Assembly (NCBI GenBank): GCA_945787125.1
Contig: CALZHW010000006.1
Location: 1-53,009 of the forward strand
Direction: 5' to 3'
From: an uncultured Ectothiorhodospiraceae bacterium
GTDB lineage: Bacteria > Pseudomonadota > Gammaproteobacteria > S012-40
DNA: 53,009 nucleotides
In this document: positions 46,486 to 53,009 of the stretch, in pieces
Layout: each line of letters opens with the position of its first letter
Position numbering within the stretch: the stretch's first letter is position 1
Made by a program: the position numbers and the translations under genes
Notes under the pieces: model-generated
Databases searched by the model: none
The model's input: the letters and a program-made list of their open reading frames with translations, nothing else
Told to the model about the DNA's origin: nothing

Positions 46486-46716
46486 TTACTGATTATGACT
46501 ACCATCACACCAAGGTTTGTTTGCGGATTTCCCGCAGCCACAGACAAAAATCGGGCCATCTTGATCAGGGGTATGGGCTAAAGGGGTGACCTCTGTCCCT
46601 TGATGACTACCATCACAATAAGGGGCATTATTGGTTTTACCGCACTGGCAAATGTAGACTGATTCGCCCGCTTTTAGTTCTTTTATGTGCGGAGCTCCTT
46701 TTTCATATAACGCCAT
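46486..46716 (-). CDS. Tandem CDGSH 2Fe-2S protein
   Basis: CQCGKT..PYCDGSH and CGCGKS..PWCDGSH; AGGAG RBS. Confidence 0.92.
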   Translation of the reverse strand: MALYEKGAPHIKELKAGESVYICQCGKTNNAPYCDGSHQGTEVTPLAHTPDQDGPIFVCGCGKSANKPWCDGSHNQ

Positions 46717-46918
46717 ACTGGTTTTCTCCTGTATTTGATAAACGATATTCACATCACGAGAATAAGACAACTCTCACACAGCAAACAATAATAATTAGTG
46801 ATAAACGATCGAAAAAATCGATTGTAAGCTCACTATTAAAGCCTTCCATAGTACACCAAAACAATGAAACTACGTTATAATTCGCCACAACCTCACAAGC
46901 CATCACGCCGGAGTAGTA

Positions 46919-47767
46919 ATGCGTTTAACAGCACAATCATTTCGCCAATGGGAAAATAAGAGCATCACCTTGCTCGGTATGTCAGGCGTTGGCAAGACAC
47001 GCCTTTCCAACATACTAATGAGTCGTGATTGGTTTCACTTTTCCGGGGACTATCGAATCGGTACTCGCTATCTGGATGAACCGATTTTGGATAACATCAA
47101 ATCTCAAATGATGCAGATCCCGTTTCTCAGAGATTTATTGAGAACTGATTCAATTTACATCAAAAACAATATTACTGTTCACAATCTAAACCCGGTCTCC
47201 AGCTTCCTGGGTAAGTTGGGCAATCCTAAACAAGGCGGGCTTGCCTTAAACGAGTTCAGTCGCCGCCAGGAGTTACACCGACTCGCCGAAATTGCCGCTA
47301 TGAAAGATGTGCCGGAGTTTATCCATAAAGCGCAAAATATTTACGGTTATAAACATTTCATCAACGATGCCGGTGGTAGCCTGTGCGAATTGGATGACCA
47401 TCAAGTCTATGAGCATTTATTTGAACACACATTGATTTTGTACATCAAAGCCAGTAAACAGGATGAAGAAGCGCTGATTCAACGCGCAAAAAACGACCCA
47501 AAGCCACTCTACTACCGTGATAGTTTTTTAGTCGAGCAACTTGCAATCTACCTGCAACAACTCAGTATTGAGTATGTAGCATTAATTGATCCTGATGAAT
47601 TTGTCCGCTGGATTTTTCCGCGGTTGTTTTACTCACGAATTCCCCGTTACGAAGCCATTGCCGAACAATATGGTTATACTGTTACAACAGAAGATGTAGC
47701 AAAAGTCACTGACGAAGCAAGCTTTCTTGAAATGATAGAAAGCGCAATAAAACACCAACATAACTAG
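46919..47767 (+). CDS. Uncharacterised P-loop NTPase/kinase-like protein upstream of metA
   Basis: LLGMSGVGKT Walker A, DYRIGTRY, NDAGGSLCE, PKPLYY; 8 bp before metA. Confidence 0.82.
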   Translation: MRLTAQSFRQWENKSITLLGMSGVGKTRLSNILMSRDWFHFSGDYRIGTRYLDEPILDNIKSQMMQIPFLRDLLRTDSIYIKNNITVHNLNPVSSFLGKLGNPKQGGLALNEFSRRQELHRLAEIAAMKDVPEFIHKAQNIYGYKHFINDAGGSLCELDDHQVYEHLFEHTLILYIKASKQDEEALIQRAKNDPKPLYYRDSFLVEQLAIYLQQLSIEYVALIDPDEFVRWIFPRLFYSRIPRYEAIAEQYGYTVTTEDVAKVTDEASFLEMIESAIKHQHN

Positions 47768-47775
47768 GAAAAAAA

Positions 47776-48831
47776 ATGCCACTGGTTGCCCATTCCAACT
47801 TACCCACGTTTGACCGCCTGCGAGAGGAAGGCGAAACGATCATTGACGATGCCGCAGCGACTCATCAAGATATTCGTGAACTGCATATTGGCCTGTTAAA
47901 CATGATGCCGGACGCAGCACTAACGGCCACCGAGCGACAATTTTTTCGATTAGTTGGGGAAAGCAATCAGATTGCGCAATTTTACATGCACCCATTTACT
48001 TTGCCACAGTTGCCGCGCAGCCCAAAGGTTGCCGCACATATCCAACGCTATTACGAACCTTTTGAGCAGATAAAACAACAAGGCTTGGATGCACTGATCA
48101 TTACAGGTGCCAATGTTAGCCAAGCCAATCTGCAAAACGAGCTTTTCTGGCAACCACTGATCGAGGTCATTGACTGGGCATACGAAAACGTTCCCTCGAC
48201 GATTTGCTCATGCCTCGCAACCCATGCAGTGATGCAGTTTCGTTACCAACAAACCCGAACCCGTTTACCAGAGAAAAAATGGGGAGTTTTTCCGCATCGG
48301 GTCGTTGATCGTCATCATCCACTCGTTATTGGCGTAAACACATTATTTGATGTACCACACTCACGCTTCAATCAGATCACCCGTGCCCAATTTGAGTCTG
48401 CAGGCTTACAAGTTTTAGTTGAGTCAGATACCGCCGGTGTGCATCTGGCCGTCAGTGAAGATAAATTTCGGTTGATTTTTTTTCAGGGCCACCCTGAGTA
48501 CGATATGATCAGCTTACTCAAGGAATACAAGCGCGAAGTGGCTCGCTTTATTAAACAGGAATTGGAAGAATACCCAGCTTTTCCCAGTCACTATTTCAAC
48601 TTACAGACACAAGCGATTTTTGATGAGTACCGATTAAAAGTCCTGACTGGTGATAAAAAACTGCCTGAGTTCCCCGAAAAACTGGCGATCAATTACCTCA
48701 ACAATACCTGGCATGATACGGCTGAGGCAGTCATTAACAACTGGATTGGTAAAGTCTACCAGGTAACAAATAATGATCGCCGCAAGCTGTTTATGAGTGA
48801 GGTTGACCCACGTAACCCACTAGGGCTTTAA
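47776..48831 (+). CDS. metA: Homoserine O-acyltransferase MetA (probably succinyl-specific)
   Basis: HQDIREL, LLNMMP, TERQF, ITGAN, catalytic SCLA, PHSR, QGHPEY. Confidence 0.93.
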   Translation: MPLVAHSNLPTFDRLREEGETIIDDAAATHQDIRELHIGLLNMMPDAALTATERQFFRLVGESNQIAQFYMHPFTLPQLPRSPKVAAHIQRYYEPFEQIKQQGLDALIITGANVSQANLQNELFWQPLIEVIDWAYENVPSTICSCLATHAVMQFRYQQTRTRLPEKKWGVFPHRVVDRHHPLVIGVNTLFDVPHSRFNQITRAQFESAGLQVLVESDTAGVHLAVSEDKFRLIFFQGHPEYDMISLLKEYKREVARFIKQELEEYPAFPSHYFNLQTQAIFDEYRLKVLTGDKKLPEFPEKLAINYLNNTWHDTAEAVINNWIGKVYQVTNNDRRKLFMSEVDPRNPLGL

Positions 48832-48850
48832 TCGTTAGGAAGGCCCATTG

Positions 48851-50122
48851 TCAAATAATCTTAACCAAATGGTAATTCTTTTTACCTTTGCGCAAGACAA
48901 TAAATTGACCATCAACACTGTCTTCAAGGCTGATTTTCTTCTCGATATCTGCACACTTAACATTGTTGATTGCAATCCCATTACCTTGAATGGCACGCCT
49001 TGCTTCGCCTTTGGATTTTACTAATTCAGTCTCGGCGAGCATATCGATTAATAATATACCTTCTTCAATCTGCTTCTTAGCAATTTCGTTAGAAGGCACA
49101 TCGGTAAAAATATCCCCAATGTCAGCGGCTGACATGCCCGCAATTTCACCACCAAATAAAACCCGCGAGGCGGCCTGCGCTTTCGCCAAGGCTGTCTCGT
49201 CATGCACGATGCAGGTCATCGCATTGGCCAGGGCTTTTTGCGCCTCACGTTGCTCAGGCTGCGCGTTAACTGCAGCTTCCAACGCGGCAATTTCTTGCTG
49301 ATTCAGCCAGGTGAAAAATTTTAAATACTGAATAACATCGCGATCATCGGTGTTTAACCAAAATTGGTAGAAGCGATAAGGCGAGGTTTTCTTAGGATCC
49401 AGCCAGATTGTGCCCGCTTCGGTTTTACCAAATTTTGTCCCATCTGATTTCATAATTAATGGAAATACCAAACCATGGGCTTTTTTACCCCGCATCCGGC
49501 GCACCAACTCCATACCCGTAGTAATATTACCCCACTGATCACTGCCACCCGCTTGCACCGTGCATCCATGCTGATCAAATAAATGCAGAAAGTCATAACC
49601 TTGTAACAGCATATAACTAAATTCAGTGTAAGAAATCCCGTCTTCTCGTTCGATCCGGGATTTCACTGACTCTTTGGCTATCATGAAATTTACCGTGAAA
49701 TGTTTACCAATGTCGCGCAAAAATTCCATCATCGTGATAGACATTAACCAGTCAGCATTATTGAGCAACTTAGCCGGGCTCATTTGATCATCGAAATCCA
49801 GAAACCTCGCCAGTTGGCCTTTAATCGCCTCAACATTCGCATCGACCTGCTCTTTGCTTAGGAGTTGACGCTCATGCAGCTTGCCGCTAGGATCACCAAT
49901 CATACCGGTACCGCCGCCTGCCATAGCAATCGCCGTATGCCCAAAACGCTGCAATCTCGCCAAACTCATTATCGGCACCAGACTGCCCACGTGTAAACTA
50001 TCACCCGTGGGATCAAATCCAATGTAGACCGTCAGCTTTTCCTGACTGGCAAGCTCTTTCAAGCCTTCGGTGGCATCATATAACAGACCACGCCATTGTA
50101 ACTCTTCGATAATATTGCTCAT
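48851..50122 (-). CDS. tyrS: Tyrosine--tRNA ligase
   Basis: [39 protein letters not shown]-terminal S4 domain. Confidence 0.97.
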   Translation of the reverse strand: MSNIIEELQWRGLLYDATEGLKELASQEKLTVYIGFDPTGDSLHVGSLVPIMSLARLQRFGHTAIAMAGGGTGMIGDPSGKLHERQLLSKEQVDANVEAIKGQLARFLDFDDQMSPAKLLNNADWLMSITMMEFLRDIGKHFTVNFMIAKESVKSRIEREDGISYTEFSYMLLQGYDFLHLFDQHGCTVQAGGSDQWGNITTGMELVRRMRGKKAHGLVFPLIMKSDGTKFGKTEAGTIWLDPKKTSPYRFYQFWLNTDDRDVIQYLKFFTWLNQQEIAALEAAVNAQPEQREAQKALANAMTCIVHDETALAKAQAASRVLFGGEIAGMSAADIGDIFTDVPSNEIAKKQIEEGILLIDMLAETELVKSKGEARRAIQGNGIAINNVKCADIEKKISLEDSVDGQFIVLRKGKKNYHLVKII

Positions 50123-50144
50123 GTATTGTGATCCACATCCGTTC

Positions 50145-51065
50145 TCATTGATAAAATTTCGCTTCACCGGCGGGCCGAGTCTTAAAACGTTGATAACTCC
50201 ACTGGTATTGCTCCGGGCATTCTCTAATTATTTTTTCTAACATATTATTCATACAAGCGACTGCGGCGGCTTCATTGTCACCACCCACCTCTACCGGTGC
50301 CGGATAGATGAAAATCTCATAACCCTCGCCCTTAGCCAAGCGTTTTGCAAACGTAAAAATCGCCGGCGCATCCGATTTATTCAAGATACGGCTCACCAGG
50401 GTCATTGAATTTGCCGGTATGCCGAAAAATGGCGCAAATACACCGCCATTTCGACCAGGATCTTGATCGGGTAAAACGCCCAAGCAATTGCCTTTTTTTA
50501 AGGCTTGATACAACTGCCGCACACCGCGTAAATCCGCCGCAATCAGCGCAGCACCAAAACGGGTTCGTCCCGCTTTGATCAAATCATCTACTCCGTCAAG
50601 CTGTGATGGCCGATACATGGTTGCCATGGAATAACGCTGTGAAAGAAACAAACCCGCCACTTCCCACGCACCGAGATGGGGTGTTATCATTACCAAACCC
50701 TTGCCTTGCGTGAGTGCATCATCAACATATTGCAAACCATGCACGGCGACAATGGCCTGATCAAACCTGGCTGCTGGTCCATTCCATAACAGCGGCACCT
50801 CAAGCATCGCTTTTCCTGTTTCAATCAAACTACTCTTTACTAGAGCAGCTTGCTCAGGCAGCGTTAAATGCGGCAGGCAGGCGGCGATATTTCGAGCGCT
50901 AACGGCGCGCATTTCACCCTTACTGCGCCACAAACACCAACCCAGCAAAACGCCCAAACGGTGCGACTGAGGCAAGGAAAGCTTCGCCGCCCACCTGAAA
51001 GCAAAACGAACTAACGGTAGCCGAACTCGATGACGGAATCGCTTTAGTAATCCGGATTTTCTCAT
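50145..51065 (-). CDS. Lipid A late acyltransferase-family (LpxL/HtrB-like) protein
   Basis: [29 protein letters not shown]; start uncertain. Confidence 0.88.
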   Translation of the reverse strand: MRKSGLLKRFRHRVRLPLVRFAFRWAAKLSLPQSHRLGVLLGWCLWRSKGEMRAVSARNIAACLPHLTLPEQAALVKSSLIETGKAMLEVPLLWNGPAARFDQAIVAVHGLQYVDDALTQGKGLVMITPHLGAWEVAGLFLSQRYSMATMYRPSQLDGVDDLIKAGRTRFGAALIAADLRGVRQLYQALKKGNCLGVLPDQDPGRNGGVFAPFFGIPANSMTLVSRILNKSDAPAIFTFAKRLAKGEGYEIFIYPAPVEVGGDNEAAAVACMNNMLEKIIRECPEQYQWSYQRFKTRPAGEAKFYQ

Positions 51066-51197
51066 TAACTTGCGTCTATGCACCTGAAAAAGGGGCAATT
51101 ATACTGACTCCCTAGCAAATTTGGCAGCGCTTCGATGTTTTTTTGCACTTTAACACCAAAAAACCTTAAGGCGGCAGGTAGATGTTACGTTCTAAGG

Positions 51198-51385
51198 CTC
51201 ACAATCGGAGTTCAAAGCTGTAAAAGTGCAACCTTCCAGCAACCATAGTGGCAAAACCTTACCAAAAGACGCCGTGAATACGTCCCTGTAGGCTTGGCAG
51301 CAGCATCCATGCTGCCAACACTCTCGATAAGGCCTTGCCACTACGGGTGCTGATTACGGAAAAATATTAAAACTCCGATTGTGAG
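51198..51385. mobile_element. 188-bp MITE, inverted copy of 17967-18154
   Basis: CTCACAATCGGAGTT...AACTCCGATTGTGAG TIRs; internal GCAGCATCCATGCTGC and TACGTCCCTGTA hairpins. Confidence 0.88.
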
Positions 51386-51529
51386 TTAAGAAACATCGGC
51401 TTACCGACAATTCTCGCTGGAGGATACAAATACCGAGTAGAAATTAGGCTCCTGGAAGAAATGCGGGCTGGCTCGCATGGCAAATAAACGTTAAAATATC
51501 CGACTTTTGATTTTATAGTTGGAGCATCA

Positions 51530-53009
51530 ATGTCAGCATTACGCACGGATCTACTTAAGCAAATTCTCAACTCCAGAATCATGATTTTGGACGGCGCCAT
51601 GGGTAGCATGATCCAGACCTATAAACTGACAGAAGAAGAATATCGGGGTGAGCGATTCAAAGACTGGCCATCTGATCTTATCGGCAACAACGATTTGCTC
51701 AGCCTGACCCAAGCTAAAATCATTAAAGACATCCACTGCGCCTACCTTGATGCCGGTGCTGACATTTTAGAAACGAATACGTTTAACGCCAATTCGATTT
51801 CAATGAGCGATTACAACATGCAATCGCTGGCTTATGAGTTAAATGTTGCGGCAACACAATTAGCCCGTAGCGCCTGCGATGAATTCAGCACTGTAGACAA
51901 ACCTCGGTTTGTTGCCGGAGTGATCGGCCCAACCAATCGTACGGCCAGTATTTCCCCCGACGTCAATAACCCTGGCTCGCGTAATGTCACATTTCAACAA
52001 TTAGTAGAAACCTACACCGAAGCCACTCACGGGCTAGTCGATGGCGGCGCTGACATCCTGTTAATTGAAACCATCTTTGACACGCTCAATGCCAAAGCCG
52101 CCATTTTTGCGATTGAAAAATATTTTGAAGAAACCGGTAAAATATTACCAGTAATGATCTCTGGCACGATTACCGATGCCAGTGGCCGTACACTTTCGGG
52201 ACAAACCACTGAAGCATTTTACAATTCCTTGCGCCATGTTAATCCAATAAGCATCGGTTTGAACTGCGCCTTGGGGCCGGACTTACTACGTCCCTACATT
52301 GAGGAAATGTCACGCATTGCCAATGTCTGCATCAATGTTCACCCCAATGCAGGCTTACCCAACGAATTTGGCGAGTATGATTTAACGCCGGTTGACATGG
52401 CCAAAGAAATTGAAGATTGGGCTGAGCAAGGTTTTTTAAACATTGTTGGCGGCTGCTGCGGCACAACACCGGCACACATCAAAGCCATTGCCCAGGCGGT
52501 CGCCAAACACAAACCGAGAATTCAACCCGACAGACCCGCAGCCTGTCGTCTAAGCGGCCTTGAACCATTTAATATTGATGACAACAGTTTATTCGTCAAT
52601 ATCGGTGAGCGAACCAATGTAACAGGCTCGGCAAAATTCAAGCGGCTGATTCTCGAAGATAATTACGACCAAGCGCTGGATGTCGCCCGGCAACAGGTTG
52701 AAAGCGGCGCCCAGATCATCGATATCAACATGGATGAAGGCATGCTGGATGGATTAGCTGCCATGGAGCTATTTTTGAATTTAATTGCCTGTGAGCCAGA
52801 AATATCTCGCGTACCCATTATGATCGATTCATCAAAATGGGAAATCATTGAAACCGGCTTACGCTGCATTCAAGGTAAGGGCATTGTAAATTCCATCAGC
52901 CTTAAAGAGGGTGAGGAAAAATTCATCGAGCAGGCTAAACTGGTTCGTCAATACGGTGCCGCCGTCATCGTCATGGCATTTGACGAAACCGGTCAGGCCG
53001 ATACCTATC
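51530..53009 (+). CDS. metH: Cobalamin-dependent methionine synthase, 5' part
   Basis: Not in the ORF track. GGAG RBS and ATG at 51530; [54 protein letters not shown]. Runs off the window end. Confidence 0.97.
   Translation, partial: MSALRTDLLKQILNSRIMILDGAMGSMIQTYKLTEEEYRGERFKDWPSDLIGNNDLLSLTQAKIIKDIHCAYLDAGADILETNTFNANSISMSDYNMQSLAYELNVAATQLARSACDEFSTVDKPRFVAGVIGPTNRTASISPDVNNPGSRNVTFQQLVETYTEATHGLVDGGADILLIETIFDTLNAKAAIFAIEKYFEETGKILPVMISGTITDASGRTLSGQTTEAFYNSLRHVNPISIGLNCALGPDLLRPYIEEMSRIANVCINVHPNAGLPNEFGEYDLTPVDMAKEIEDWAEQGFLNIVGGCCGTTPAHIKAIAQAVAKHKPRIQPDRPAACRLSGLEPFNIDDNSLFVNIGERTNVTGSAKFKRLILEDNYDQALDVARQQVESGAQIIDINMDEGMLDGLAAMELFLNLIACEPEISRVPIMIDSSKWEIIETGLRCIQGKGIVNSISLKEGEEKFIEQAKLVRQYGAAVIVMAFDETGQADTY

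Noticed and set aside
51386-51529. SAM, SAH or cobalamin riboswitch upstream of metH
   Set aside because: No consensus elements recognised; the structured sequence further upstream is a MITE copy.
244-52869. Numerous 60-125 aa ORFs antisense or out of frame to recognised genes
   Set aside because: They are shadow ORFs of well-supported genes with no motifs or RBS.
1-53009. tRNA, rRNA, prophage or transposase genes
   Set aside because: None recognised by eye; a tRNAscan/HMM pass would be needed to exclude them formally.

Overview
This is a chromosomal window from a Gammaproteobacterium, mostly conserved housekeeping synteny: ygfB-pepP-ubiH-ubiI, zapA-6S RNA-ygfA, miaB-ybeZ-ybeY-corC-lnt, speE/speA, rsd, rluE, nikR, ampD, rssA, rlmF, purD-tsaC, metA, tyrS and a partial metH. 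It also holds two multiheme cytochromes and several uncharacterised genes. No tRNA, rRNA, CRISPR array, transposase or integrase was recognised. The unusual signal is non-coding. (1) An AT-rich island after lnt (about 13.35-15.55 kb) is punctuated by about 8 related 30-bp palindromic sites with 12-6-12 tyrosine-recombinase-like geometry. Two of them carry the same 20-bp dif-like palindrome inserted at the 6-bp core. The island holds a small-ORF/nucleotidyltransferase pair with an internal amber codon. (2) At least four families of palindromic MITEs occupy most large intergenic gaps. (3) A 46-48 nt double-hairpin mini-element with ANGGA loops inserts at A^G, without a target duplication, into those MITEs and into copies of itself. 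Protein oddities include an alpha-carbonic anhydrase with a swapped zinc ligand, an Hpt/pseudo-receiver fusion, a UshA-like CxC/tetraheme fusion and an uncharacterised P-loop protein paired with metA. All calls come from reading the sequence; no searches were run.
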